This document shows positions 9,518 to 18,353 of a stretch of 32,000 bases of DNA, piece after piece. The notes under the pieces were generated by a model that saw only the letters and a program-made list of their open reading frames with translations, had not been told where the DNA came from and made no database searches. This stretch comes from Candidatus Arthromitus sp. SFB-rat-Yit. Lineage in GTDB: Bacteria > Bacillota > Clostridia > Clostridiales > Clostridiaceae. Made by a program: the position numbers and the translations under genes. Where the stretch lies: assembly GCF_000283555.1 (NCBI RefSeq), contig NC_016012.1, forward strand, positions 603,517-635,516, in the 5' to 3' direction. Each line of letters begins with the position of its first letter. The first letter of the stretch is position 1.

Positions 9518-9699
9518 TGGGAAATCCAGCGCGTAAATTTTCTAATGGGAGAAGAGATAGTAGGAGAGCACAAACTTTTAAGTTATCAGCTCCAAATGTT
9601 ATGGAGTGTCCACAATGTCATGAAATTAAATTGCCTCACAGAGCATGTAAAAAGTGTGGCTTTTATAATGGTAAGCAAGTTGTGTCAGTTAAAAATTAA
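9517..9699 (+). CDS. rpmF: 50S ribosomal protein L32 (zinc-ribbon form)
   Basis: MGNPARKFSNGRRDSRRA...; CPQC...CKKCG zinc-ribbon cysteines; SD GGAGGTGGAG upstream. Confidence 0.95.
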   Translation: MGNPARKFSNGRRDSRRAQTFKLSAPNVMECPQCHEIKLPHRACKKCGFYNGKQVVSVKN

Positions 9700-9704
9700 T
9701 GGAA

Positions 9705-9745
9705 CTGCCTAAATTAGTTTTTCTAGTTTAGGTAGTTTGTTTTTT
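9705..9745 (+). terminator. Rho-independent terminator/attenuator between rpmF and plsX
   Basis: CTGCCTAAATTA (9705-9716) pairs with TAGTTTAGGTAG (9724-9735): 12 bp including 2 G-U, with a 7-nt loop, followed by TTTGTTTTTT. Confidence 0.6.
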
Positions 9746-9757
9746 AGGGGTAGAAAA

Positions 9758-10750
9758 ATGATTAGGATAGTACTTGATTGCATGGGGGGAGATAATTCGC
9801 CTAAGGCTCATGTAGAGGGTGCGATATTAGCTTCAAAAGAAAATAAGGATTTGTATATAATTTTAGTTGGAAAGAGCAAGGAAATTTTGCGAGAGTTAAG
9901 TAAGTATGAGTTTGATAAAAATAAAATTAATATAGTTGATGCAGAGGATATTATTTATAGTTATGATGAACCAGTTAAATCTATAAGGAGTAAAAAAAGA
10001 TCAAGTTTGGTTGTTGCACTTAATGAATTAATTGATAAGGATTATGATGGGATTGTATCTACAGGTAATAGTGGTGCTTTTTTAGTTGGGTGTTTGTTTA
10101 CCGTGGGGAAGATTAAAGGAGTTTTTAGACCTGCACTTGCTCCTATAATAGATAGAGAAAATGGAAGATTTATTTTATTGGACTCAGGGGCTAATGTTGA
10201 TTGTGATGTAAAAAATATTGTACAATTTGCTGATCTTGGTCGGCTTTATTATGAAATATTATTCAAGAAAGATAATCCGACTGTAAAATTATTAAATATT
10301 GGAACAGAAAAGAATAAGGGTAATTCTGTTATTAGAAAGGCGTATGATCAATTGATGAATGATCCAAATATTAATTTCAAGGGGAATTTAGAAGCAAGAG
10401 ATATATTTAAAGATGATACAAATGTTGTTGTGTGCGATGGTTTTATTGGGAATATTGCTTTAAAGATAATGGAAGGAACTAGTAAACATATAATCTCACT
10501 TGCTATTAAGGATATTTCAAAAAATTTTTTATATAAGATAGTTGAAAAAATTGTACCGTCTTTTTTGAATAGAGTTAAGGGTAAATATGATTATAAAAAA
10601 TATGGAGGAGCTGTATTTTTAGGTGTCAAAAAAGTATGTGTAAAATCTCATGGGAATTCGAATGAAATTACTATAAAAAATTCAATTAATACAGCGTTTA
10701 AGCTAGTTAATGAGAAAATTATAAGTTCTATAGAAAAACTTTATTTATAA
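9758..10750 (+). CDS. plsX: Phosphate acyltransferase PlsX
   Basis: MIRIVLDCMGGDNSP, TGNSGA, DSGANVDC, DGFIGNIALK, GVKKVCVKSHGNS. ATG 9758 with AGGGG 8 nt upstream. Confidence 0.92.
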   Translation: MIRIVLDCMGGDNSPKAHVEGAILASKENKDLYIILVGKSKEILRELSKYEFDKNKINIVDAEDIIYSYDEPVKSIRSKKRSSLVVALNELIDKDYDGIVSTGNSGAFLVGCLFTVGKIKGVFRPALAPIIDRENGRFILLDSGANVDCDVKNIVQFADLGRLYYEILFKKDNPTVKLLNIGTEKNKGNSVIRKAYDQLMNDPNINFKGNLEARDIFKDDTNVVVCDGFIGNIALKIMEGTSKHIISLAIKDISKNFLYKIVEKIVPSFLNRVKGKYDYKKYGGAVFLGVKKVCVKSHGNSNEITIKNSINTAFKLVNEKIISSIEKLYL

Positions 10751-10819
10751 AAAATAAGATATTGACTGTTAAACTTTTATAATTTATTATGTTTATGTGA
10801 TAAATGGGAGGTGAATGTA

Positions 10820-11050
10820 GTGTTTGAAAAAGTAAGAGATATAATTTCTGAAAAATTAAATGTTGATCAAGATGAGATTAAATTAGAATCATCTATAGTT
10901 GATGATTTAGGAGCTGATTCTATAGATTTGATCGAACTTATAATGAACCTTGAAGAAGAGTATGGTATAAGTATATCTGATGAAGAAGCTGTTAAATTAA
11001 AAACAGTTGGAGATGTTGTAGATTTTATAAACTCTCAAGTAGAAAATTAA
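10820..11050 (+). CDS. acpP: Acyl carrier protein
   Basis: (M)[14 protein letters not shown]...[14 protein letters not shown], with the DS(I/L)D phosphopantetheine attachment serine. GTG 10820 lies 8 nt after GGGAGG (10806-10811). The GTG at 10811 used by the ORF track overlaps the SD. Confidence 0.9.
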   Translation: MFEKVRDIISEKLNVDQDEIKLESSIVDDLGADSIDLIELIMNLEEEYGISISDEEAVKLKTVGDVVDFINSQVEN

Positions 11051-11127
11051 GTTTATTTACATATTAGTCGTCTTAAACTGTTATTGTGTTTTTGGCGACT
11101 TTTAAATTTTGGGGAGAAATATATCGT

Positions 11128-11811
11128 ATGCATGAAACACTTATTGACAAATTTCAAGAGATAATAGGCGTAAAGTTTAAAAATATAGATATATTAAATT
11201 TGGCATTAACACATAGTTCTTATGCTAATGAGCGTGGTTTGACAGAATACAATGAAAGACTGGAGTTCCTTGGAGATTCTGTACTCCAATTATGTATAAC
11301 AGAGTATTTGTATAAAAATTGTAAGGATAACAATGAGGGTGATCTTACTCGTAAGAGAGCATCTATAGTTTGTGAGGCATCGCTTTATAAAGTTGGAGAG
11401 AAATGGAAACTTGGAGAATTCATTAAGTTAAGTAAGGGGGAAAAATTAAGCGGTGGTAAAACAAGAATTTCTACTATAGCCGATGCAGTAGAGGCGGTTA
11501 TTGCAGCGGTTTATTTAGATAGTGGATATGAGTTTGCAAAAAAATTTATACTCAAATTTTTCTCATATATTTTGGATACAGGAGCAATAGTAAATTATTT
11601 AGACCATAAAACAAGACTTCAAGAATATATTCAATCTAAAACTACTGATAAGATAAAGTATAGCTTGATTAAGGAGGAAGGTCCTCCACATAATAAAGTA
11701 TTTTATGTTCAGGTTATTATTGGTGAAAAAATATATGGATCAGGAACCGGTAAGTCTAAAAAAGAGGCTGAACAAAATGCTGCATATAAAACTTTAAAAT
11801 TATTTGAGTAG
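11128..11811 (+). CDS. rnc: Ribonuclease III
   Basis: RNase III signature NERLEFLGDSVL, catalytic ADAVEAVIAAVYLD, and a C-terminal dsRBD (GPPHNKVF...GTGKSKKEAEQNAA). ATG 11128 with GGGGAG upstream. Confidence 0.92.
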   Translation: MHETLIDKFQEIIGVKFKNIDILNLALTHSSYANERGLTEYNERLEFLGDSVLQLCITEYLYKNCKDNNEGDLTRKRASIVCEASLYKVGEKWKLGEFIKLSKGEKLSGGKTRISTIADAVEAVIAAVYLDSGYEFAKKFILKFFSYILDTGAIVNYLDHKTRLQEYIQSKTTDKIKYSLIKEEGPPHNKVFYVQVIIGEKIYGSGTGKSKKEAEQNAAYKTLKLFE

Positions 11812-11813
11812 TG

Positions 11814-11865
11814 CATTGAATTAGTAGTTTAATTGTGTGAAACTATTAATTCAATGTAAATGTTT
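11814..11865 (+). terminator. Long AT-rich hairpin after rnc (probable terminator)
   Basis: CATTGAATTAGTAGTTT (11814-11830) pairs with AAACTATTAATTCAATG (11840-11856): 17 bp including one G-U. The T4 run lies only 5 nt downstream, so terminator strength is uncertain. Confidence 0.45.
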
Positions 11866-11920
11866 TAATGCGTTAATATAGTTGGAGAAAATTGTAAAAA
11901 TCTTTTTGAGTAGAAATTTA

Positions 11921-11950
11921 AAAGGAAAAAAAAGGAAAAAGAGGAAATTG
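11921..11950 (+). repeat. Three tandem purine-rich decamers (AAAGGAAAAA, AAAGGAAAAA, GAGGAAATTG) upstream of spoVS
   Basis: Read directly from the sequence, about 60-90 nt upstream of the spoVS start codon. Confidence 0.6.
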
Positions 11951-12011
11951 ATAGAAGTATATAGGGGACAAATATTTAATAAAACTTAAGAGAATTTTGG
12001 GAGGAACACTT

Positions 12012-12272
12012 ATGGAAATTTTAAAAGTATCAGCGCAATCTCAACCTAAAGCAGTTGCAGGAGCTCTAGCAGCAGTATTGAGAGATAAGGCAGTAGCTGA
12101 GGTACAAGCAGTTGGGGCTGGGGCAGTAAATCAAGCGATAAAAGCTATTGTAATTACTAGAGGTTTTGTAGCTCCAAATGGTATTGATTTGGTTGTTATA
12201 CCAGCATTTTCTGAAATATCAATTGATGGTGAAGAAAGAACAGCAATTAAATTTATTGTTGAGCCTAAATAG
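12012..12272 (+). CDS. spoVS: Stage V sporulation protein S
   Basis: 86 aa: MEILKVSAQSQPKAVAGALAAVLR...QAVGAGAVNQAIKAIVITRGF, highly characteristic of SpoVS. ATG 12012 with GGGAGG (11998-12003). Confidence 0.9.
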   Translation: MEILKVSAQSQPKAVAGALAAVLRDKAVAEVQAVGAGAVNQAIKAIVITRGFVAPNGIDLVVIPAFSEISIDGEERTAIKFIVEPK

Positions 12273-12287
12273 ATTTTTTATATAAAG

Positions 12288-12324
12288 GGAAAAGGAGTAA
12301 TATTATTACTCCTTTTGTTTTTTA
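12288..12324. terminator. Bidirectional terminator between convergent spoVS and the Nfo-like gene
   Basis: AAAGGAGTA (12291-12299) pairs with TACTCCTTT (12307-12315). T-rich tract downstream on the plus strand and T4 on the minus strand. Confidence 0.6.
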
Positions 12325-12325
12325 T

Positions 12326-13147
12326 TTACATACTTTCATAAATATTTTTCATTAGCAATGCATCTTTTTCGAGGATTGGGCTTTCACAAATTATACACCC
12401 TTTAATATCATATTTAGCAAAAGCACGAAGACATTCAGTTATATTGAAATCACTTTCTTCAAATGGAAGATGGTTTTTTTCTCCTTTTGCAGTGTATTCA
12501 ATTCCAGATAAGTGAACATGAAAATCTTTGAGTGCATCTTCACCTAAATGTTCACCGATGTATTCAAATATTTTGGCAAAGTCGTCATATTCTTTTAATA
12601 TTCCATTATATCTTGCGTGTATGTGTGAGAAGTCCACACAAAGTTTTACGTGATCATGATTTTTTACAAGATTACAAAGCTCTTTTAGATTCCCAAACTG
12701 AGTTTCTTTTCCAGTCGTTTCAAGTCTATAATATGATCCTGGTATTACTGGAAGTTTTCCTAATTCTTCATTTACAGAATTGAAAGTATCTTCTTTTGTT
12801 GAATCTAAATAAAATCCTGGATGAAATATAATATCAGTTCCACCCACAGATGACAACGCAAGTATTCCTTTCTCTAATCTTTCTATTGACTTTTCTTTTT
12901 TTTCAACTTCTTTTGCATTCATATTTATAAAGTATGAGCCATGGGCTGTTATATGAAAATCATATTTTTCACGAGTAGTTTTCACAGCTTCACGATTTTT
13001 ATCTGTTATGTTTACAGATCGAACAAATGGAAGCTCCATTGCAGAAAGCCCAAGTGAATGTAAGTATTCTATCCCAGTTACATATGTAAATTTTTCTGAT
13101 CCATTTCCCATAGGTAGACCAGAAATTCCAAAGATAAGCTTATCCAT
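12326..13147 (-). CDS. Xylose-isomerase-like TIM-barrel protein, endonuclease IV (Nfo/AP endonuclease family 2)-like
   Basis: The spacing of metal-ligand motifs resembles Nfo: AHGSYFINM, IIFHPGFY, RLETTGK, CVDFSHIHAR, FHVHLSGIEY...KNH, ICESP. The exact substrate was not determined. Confidence 0.65.
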   Translation of the reverse strand: MDKLIFGISGLPMGNGSEKFTYVTGIEYLHSLGLSAMELPFVRSVNITDKNREAVKTTREKYDFHITAHGSYFINMNAKEVEKKEKSIERLEKGILALSSVGGTDIIFHPGFYLDSTKEDTFNSVNEELGKLPVIPGSYYRLETTGKETQFGNLKELCNLVKNHDHVKLCVDFSHIHARYNGILKEYDDFAKIFEYIGEHLGEDALKDFHVHLSGIEYTAKGEKNHLPFEESDFNITECLRAFAKYDIKGCIICESPILEKDALLMKNIYESM

Positions 13148-13298
13148 CTTTAATAATTACTCCTTTATAATAATCATTATTTTAATTATATCATAATGGG
13201 TTTTATAAATAAAATTTGATAAAATTTTATTTATCTTGAATAATAATTACACCTACTCTATAATTAAAATTAATTTATAAAATGGAAGTAATTGTATT

Positions 13299-13832
13299 AT
13301 GAGTTTTTATAAAATTACGGATACAGCTAAAAAATTGTTGTTTGAAAATGTTAAAGTAAAAAATATTTCTGTTGATTTCACTTTGGGTAGAGGTAACGAT
13401 ACTCTTTTTCTTAGTGAAAATTTTAATTATGTTTATTCTTTTGATTTACAAAAAGAGTGTATTAATGATTTTAAATTGAAAAATATCAAAAATGTAGAAT
13501 TGATTTTAGATAGTCATGAAAATGTTGATAAGTATTTGGAAGAATTCGATTGTGGCATGTATAACTTGGGATATTTGCCAGCTTCAGACAAAAAGATAAT
13601 AACAAATGTTGAATCCACTCTTATTAGTTTGCGTAAATCTGTAGATATTTTAAATGTTGGAGGTTTTATATCTGTTGTTTTATATGTTGGTCATGATCAG
13701 GGAAGGGTTGAAAGTCGGGAGGTTCTGAAATTTTGTTGTGACCTTGACAATAAAAAATTTAATGTTGCTTATCTTAATTTGTTGAATAAAAATAATCCGC
13801 CATCTTTGGTATTAATTAATAAAATGAGGTAG
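13299..13832 (+). CDS. mnmM: YtqB/MnmM-family SAM-dependent methyltransferase (tRNA mnm5s2U34 methyltransferase-like)
   Basis: Collinear with B. subtilis YtqB as I recall it: VDFTLGRGNDTLFL (DATMGNGHDTQFL), YNLGYLPASDKKIIT (FNLGYLPGGDKSITT), VLYVGHDQGRVESREVLKFCCDLD, NNPPSLVLINK. Confidence 0.72.
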   Translation: MSFYKITDTAKKLLFENVKVKNISVDFTLGRGNDTLFLSENFNYVYSFDLQKECINDFKLKNIKNVELILDSHENVDKYLEEFDCGMYNLGYLPASDKKIITNVESTLISLRKSVDILNVGGFISVVLYVGHDQGRVESREVLKFCCDLDNKKFNVAYLNLLNKNNPPSLVLINKMR

Positions 13833-13840
13833 TTTTATTT

Positions 13841-15058
13841 ATGAAAAATGTAATAGTTGTTGGATCGGGACCTGCTGGTATGATGGCATCTATAGCAGCT
13901 GCTAAATGTGGTCATAAGGTGACGTTGCTTGAAGCAAGCAACAAAATAGCTAAAAAAATGTACATATCGGGCAAAGGTAGATGCAATGTAACAAACAACA
14001 AATCTATAGAGAGTTTTTTAGATAATGTATTAACGAATAAAGAGTTTTTATATAGTGCTCTTTATAGTTTTACGAATGAAGACACGATAAAGTTTGTTGA
14101 AGATGGAGGAACTAAGCTTAAGGTTGAAAGGGGAGGTAGGGTTTTTCCGCTTTCTAACAAATCGAGTGATATAATTAAGAGTTTTGAAAAACAATTAAAT
14201 AAAAATAATGTAGAAATTTTACTTGATTCAAAAGTTTCGAAAATAAATGTAAATAACAATATAGTTGAGTCGATTGAATTGTTAAATGATAAAATTATAA
14301 AGGGAGATCATTATATTTTTGCGACTGGAGGAGCATCATATCCTTTGACTGGATCTGATGGTAAACTTTTTAATGAATATAAAAGAATAGGTCATACTGT
14401 TACGAAATTAAAACCTTCTCTTGTTCCTTTAGAAATAAAGGAGAAATGGACTACGAAACTTCAAGGTGTTAGTATAAAGAATGTTAACATGATTCTTTAT
14501 AAAAACAATAAAAAGGAAATTTCATTTCAAGGAGATTTTATATTCACTCATTTCGGTGTATCTGGACCGATTGTTTTAAAAATTAGTCGATATATTCTTG
14601 GGAATGAAAATTATTCTATAGAAATTGATTTGAAGCCAGCACTTGACGATAAAGAATTTGATTTAAGACTCCAAAAGGATTTTGTGAAATATAGCAATAA
14701 AGATTTTAAAAATTCTTTAGATGATTTATTGCCTCAAAAATTTATACCAATTATGGTTGACCTTGTAAAAATTGATCCAAATAAAAAGGTTAATTCTATT
14801 ACAAAACAAGAGAGAAAACGAATTGTTGAATGTTTTAAACATCTTGTTATTAATGTCAAGGGATTAAGACCAATTAGTGAAGCTATAGTAACAAGTGGAG
14901 GAATAGATGTTTATGAAATAAACCCTAGTACTATGAAATCAAAAATTATTAAGAATATTTCTTTTGCGGGAGAGGTTATGGATGTTGATGCTTTTACTGG
15001 TGGGTACAATATTCAAATAGCAATATCTACTGGATTTTTAGCAGGAAATAGTATTTGA
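13841..15058 (+). CDS. HI0933/YhiN (BaiN-like) family FAD-dependent flavoprotein
   Basis: N-terminal Rossmann motif VIVVGSGPAGMMASIAAA, GKGRCNVTN, ATGGASYPLTGSDG, and C-terminal GEVMDVDAFTGGYNIQ. This family commonly lies upstream of cmk in Clostridia. Confidence 0.8.
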   Translation: MKNVIVVGSGPAGMMASIAAAKCGHKVTLLEASNKIAKKMYISGKGRCNVTNNKSIESFLDNVLTNKEFLYSALYSFTNEDTIKFVEDGGTKLKVERGGRVFPLSNKSSDIIKSFEKQLNKNNVEILLDSKVSKINVNNNIVESIELLNDKIIKGDHYIFATGGASYPLTGSDGKLFNEYKRIGHTVTKLKPSLVPLEIKEKWTTKLQGVSIKNVNMILYKNNKKEISFQGDFIFTHFGVSGPIVLKISRYILGNENYSIEIDLKPALDDKEFDLRLQKDFVKYSNKDFKNSLDDLLPQKFIPIMVDLVKIDPNKKVNSITKQERKRIVECFKHLVINVKGLRPISEAIVTSGGIDVYEINPSTMKSKIIKNISFAGEVMDVDAFTGGYNIQIAISTGFLAGNSI

Positions 15059-15078
15059 AGTTTGAGAGGTATGAAAAT

Positions 15079-17631
15079 ATGAATATATCGATAGCTATTG
15101 ATGGTCCAGCTAGTTCTGGGAAAAGTTCGATTGCGAAGTGTATTTCAGATAGATTTAATTTTAAGTTTATAAACACAGGACTTTTATATAGACTTACTAC
15201 TTATATTTCCATAAAAGAGAATATAGATTTTGATTTGGAGGAAGGTAGATTAATAGAAATTATTAAAAATTCTAAGATTGATGTACATAGTAATTATTTG
15301 GTTTATAATGGATTGATTTTGGGAGATGAACTGAGAACTCAAGAAATAGATAGTAAAGTATCCTTGGTATCATCAAAATCCAATATTAGAAGATTAATAA
15401 ATGAAATTTTGAGATCGTTTAAGTCTGAAAATGGAATTGTTATGGATGGGCGTGATATTGGAACTGAAGTTTTAAAAGATGCCTGTCTTAAATTTTTTAT
15501 AATAGCTGATCCGGATGTTAGAGCTAAGAGAAGATATGATCAGCTTGTTAAAAGTGGTGTTGATGTAGAATATAATAAAATATTAAATGAAATTGAAAAA
15601 CGAGATAATATAGACTATAATAAAGAAGAAGGTCCTTTGAAAAAAGCAAATGATGCTAAAGTTATAGACACATCCAACTTAGACTTTCAAGAGTCAGTTG
15701 ACGAGGTTTCGAGAATAATTGTTGAATATATGATACCTAAGATGGAGTTTAAACAAGTTAGGGTTGCGGAAAATAATGGATTTTGTCACGGAGTTCTTAG
15801 AGCAGTAAATGAATTGGATAAGGTAGTTAAGAGTGATAATGATAAAAATATTAGTACTCTTGGGGAGATAATTCATAATAAACAGATTATAAATTATTTT
15901 TCTCGACAGAACGTTAAAATAGTTAATAAAGAAAACTTGGATACCTTGAAAGATGATAGGGATATTTTGGTAATAAGAGCACATGGCATTCCTAGAGATG
16001 TTGAAGATGTTTTAATAACTAATTTTATAGAATATGTTGATGCTACTTGTGGTAGGGTTAAAGTTATACATAAAAAAGTAAGAGATTATTATGAAAAAGG
16101 ATATGACATTGTAATAGTTGGAAACAAAAATCATCCAGAAATTATTGGAGCTAATAGCTATTGTGATTATAATGCGAAATTCTTTTTTGAGGACAAACTT
16201 GATGGAGAAATTTTATCAGACAAAGTATGTGTTTTGTCACAGACAACAGAAAAGTATGAAAATTTTGAAAACGCAATAAAGTTGGTTAGTGAAAAATGTA
16301 AAGATGTTGTTTCCTTAAATACTATTTGTGATGCTACATATCTTAGGCAACGTGATGCAGCACAATTAGCAAAAGATGTAGATTTTATGATAATTGTTGG
16401 AGATAAATTAAGTTCTAATTCTAATAAATTATACGAGGTTTCGAAAAAATATTGTGAAAATTCTATAATAATTGAAAGGGCTTCCGATTTAAAAAGTGAC
16501 ATTTTAAATGAGATAATTACTAATTGTTACAAAGTTGGAATAACATCTGGGGCTTCAACGCCAGATTGGATTATGAAGGAGGTAATTTTAATGATAGAAA
16601 ATAGAACCGAAAACAATATAAAAATAGGAAAGTTGTTAAGAGGAAAAATAGAATCTATAGATGATAAAAATTTAGTTTTAAATGTTGATGAAAATTTAGA
16701 AGTAATTTTACCAATTGCAGAAATTAGTTTGGATGAGAGAAATAAATTTGGTGATACATTTAAGGTTGGAGAATACATAGATGGAAAAATTATTTCCCTA
16801 AGTAATTCAGATGGAAAAGTTGTATTATCTAGGCTTGAAGTTTTTAGAGAAAAATCCTTAGAAATCCTTAAAGAAAAGTTTAATAATAGTGAGCGACTTT
16901 CTGTTATTGTTAAGGAAGATGTAAAAGGCGGAGTAATTGTTGAATTTAATAGTATTAAATTATTCGTGCCTGCTTCACATTTAGATTTTATACATATAGA
17001 AAATTTAAATGAGTTTGTTGGTCGTGAATTAGAAGTTAAAGTTATTGAAATGAAAGAGGAAAAGAATCAATTTAAGATTATCGGTTCAAGAAGAGCTGTT
17101 TTAGAAGAGGAGAAAAAGATCAGAGAGAATGAAATTTGGAAAAGTTTAGTTCTTGGTGATGTTGTTGATTGTGAAGTAAAAAGAATAAATACATTTGGTG
17201 CATTTGTTGATGTAAATGGTGTAGATGGCTTGTTGCATATTTCTGAAATATCTTGGGGTAGAATAGATAAAGTAAGTGATGTTTTAAATATTGGTGATAA
17301 GATAAAAGTTAAGATAATTGATCTTGATAGAGAAAACAGAAAATTATCTCTAAGCATGAAAGTGTTGCAAGATGATCCATGGTCAAATGTTGATGAGAAA
17401 TATCCTATTGGAGCAGTTGTGCTTGGTAAAGTTGTTAGATTTGCTGAGTTTGGAGCTTTTGTTGAGTTGGAGCCAAGCATAGATGGATTGGTTCATATAT
17501 CACAGATCAGTCATAAAAGAGTTAATGATATATCTGACTTTTTACAAATAGGACAAGAAGTTAAGGCCAAGATCGTTGAGATAAATAAGGAAAATAAGAG
17601 AATAGAGTTAAGTATAAAAGTTATAGAGTAA
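15079..17631 (+). CDS. Tripartite fusion protein: cytidylate kinase + 4-hydroxy-3-methylbut-2-enyl diphosphate reductase (IspH/LytB) + four S1 RNA-binding repeats
   Basis: One uninterrupted frame. Cmk part: IAIDGPASSGKSS, MDGRDIGTEV, RAKRRYDQL, RDNIDYNKEEGPLKKANDA. IspH part from about nt 15742: ENNGFCHGV, IRAHG, DATCGRV, VLSQTT, NTICDAT, SSNSNKL, GITSGASTP. Four S1 repeats follow, the last two with FGAFV...DGL(L/V)HIS(E/Q)IS. ATG 15079 lies 9 nt after GAGAGG. Confidence 0.85.
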   Translation: MNISIAIDGPASSGKSSIAKCISDRFNFKFINTGLLYRLTTYISIKENIDFDLEEGRLIEIIKNSKIDVHSNYLVYNGLILGDELRTQEIDSKVSLVSSKSNIRRLINEILRSFKSENGIVMDGRDIGTEVLKDACLKFFIIADPDVRAKRRYDQLVKSGVDVEYNKILNEIEKRDNIDYNKEEGPLKKANDAKVIDTSNLDFQESVDEVSRIIVEYMIPKMEFKQVRVAENNGFCHGVLRAVNELDKVVKSDNDKNISTLGEIIHNKQIINYFSRQNVKIVNKENLDTLKDDRDILVIRAHGIPRDVEDVLITNFIEYVDATCGRVKVIHKKVRDYYEKGYDIVIVGNKNHPEIIGANSYCDYNAKFFFEDKLDGEILSDKVCVLSQTTEKYENFENAIKLVSEKCKDVVSLNTICDATYLRQRDAAQLAKDVDFMIIVGDKLSSNSNKLYEVSKKYCENSIIIERASDLKSDILNEIITNCYKVGITSGASTPDWIMKEVILMIENRTENNIKIGKLLRGKIESIDDKNLVLNVDENLEVILPIAEISLDERNKFGDTFKVGEYIDGKIISLSNSDGKVVLSRLEVFREKSLEILKEKFNNSERLSVIVKEDVKGGVIVEFNSIKLFVPASHLDFIHIENLNEFVGRELEVKVIEMKEEKNQFKIIGSRRAVLEEEKKIRENEIWKSLVLGDVVDCEVKRINTFGAFVDVNGVDGLLHISEISWGRIDKVSDVLNIGDKIKVKIIDLDRENRKLSLSMKVLQDDPWSNVDEKYPIGAVVLGKVVRFAEFGAFVELEPSIDGLVHISQISHKRVNDISDFLQIGQEVKAKIVEINKENKRIELSIKVIE

Positions 17632-17637
17632 ATTAAG

Positions 17638-17669
17638 ACTTAAGGGCTTGATGTCCTTAAGTTTTTTTT
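17638..17669 (+). terminator. Rho-independent terminator after the cmk-ispH-S1 gene
   Basis: ACTTAAGG (17638-17645) pairs with CCTTAAGT (17655-17662), followed by a T8 run. Confidence 0.7.
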
Positions 17670-17690
17670 ATGATAAGGGGTGTATTTTGT

Positions 17691-18275
17691 TTGGCAAAAA
17701 AATTTTATGCAATTAAGAAAGGATATAAGATAGGTATATTTGAAAGCTGGGATGAATGCAAAAAAAATATAGATGGATATTCTGGTGCCGTTTATAAAAG
17801 TTTTAAAACGCTTGATGAGGCGGAAAAATTTTTGAATGACAATGAAAAAAGTTTTGATTCAACTAATTTGATTGCTTACGTTGACGGAAGCTACAACTCA
17901 GATACGAAAGAATATTCATATGGGATGGTTATAATAAATGGCGATCATGAGGAACATTTTTGTGAGAAGTTTGATGATAAAGAAATGTGTGAAATGAGAA
18001 ATGTTGCAGGAGAGATTATGGGATCAATGAGTGCGATGAAGTATTGTTTAGAAAATAATTTTCAAAGTATTACAATTTGTTATGACTACGAAGGAATAGA
18101 GAAATGGTGTAAGGGATATTGGAAAGCAAATAAGAGTGGAACTCAAAATTATAAGAGATATTACGATAGAGTTAAAGATCAAATACATATTGTTTTTAGA
18201 AAGGTTAGGGCTCATTCCGGAGATAAGTATAATGATTTAGCTGATAAATTGGCTAAGAAAGCATTAGACATTTAA
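17691..18275 (+). CDS. Ribonuclease H1 with N-terminal hybrid-binding (viroplasmin-like) domain
   Basis: N-terminal KFYAIKKGYKIGIFESWDECKKNIDGYSGAVYKSFKTLDEAEKFL is the RNase H1 N-terminal domain pattern. The RNase H core has acidic residues in AYVDGSY, EMRNVAGEI, ICYDYEG and HSGDKYNDLADKLAK. I prefer the TTG at 17691 (AAGGGG 10 nt upstream) over ATG 17670, which sits in the terminator T-run. The start is uncertain. Confidence 0.78.
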   Translation: MAKKFYAIKKGYKIGIFESWDECKKNIDGYSGAVYKSFKTLDEAEKFLNDNEKSFDSTNLIAYVDGSYNSDTKEYSYGMVIINGDHEEHFCEKFDDKEMCEMRNVAGEIMGSMSAMKYCLENNFQSITICYDYEGIEKWCKGYWKANKSGTQNYKRYYDRVKDQIHIVFRKVRAHSGDKYNDLADKLAKKALDI

Positions 18276-18353
18276 AAATTTGATGCAATTGTTTTTTAAT
18301 CATTGTATAATGGTTGAAATATATAAGCAAAGAAGATAAGGAGTGTGGATTAC

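Noticed and set aside
10762-10783. TTGACT and TATAAT hexamers upstream of acpP.
   Set aside because: The two hexamers are only 10 nt apart, which is incompatible with a sigma-A promoter. No alternative -35 exists at 17 nt spacing.
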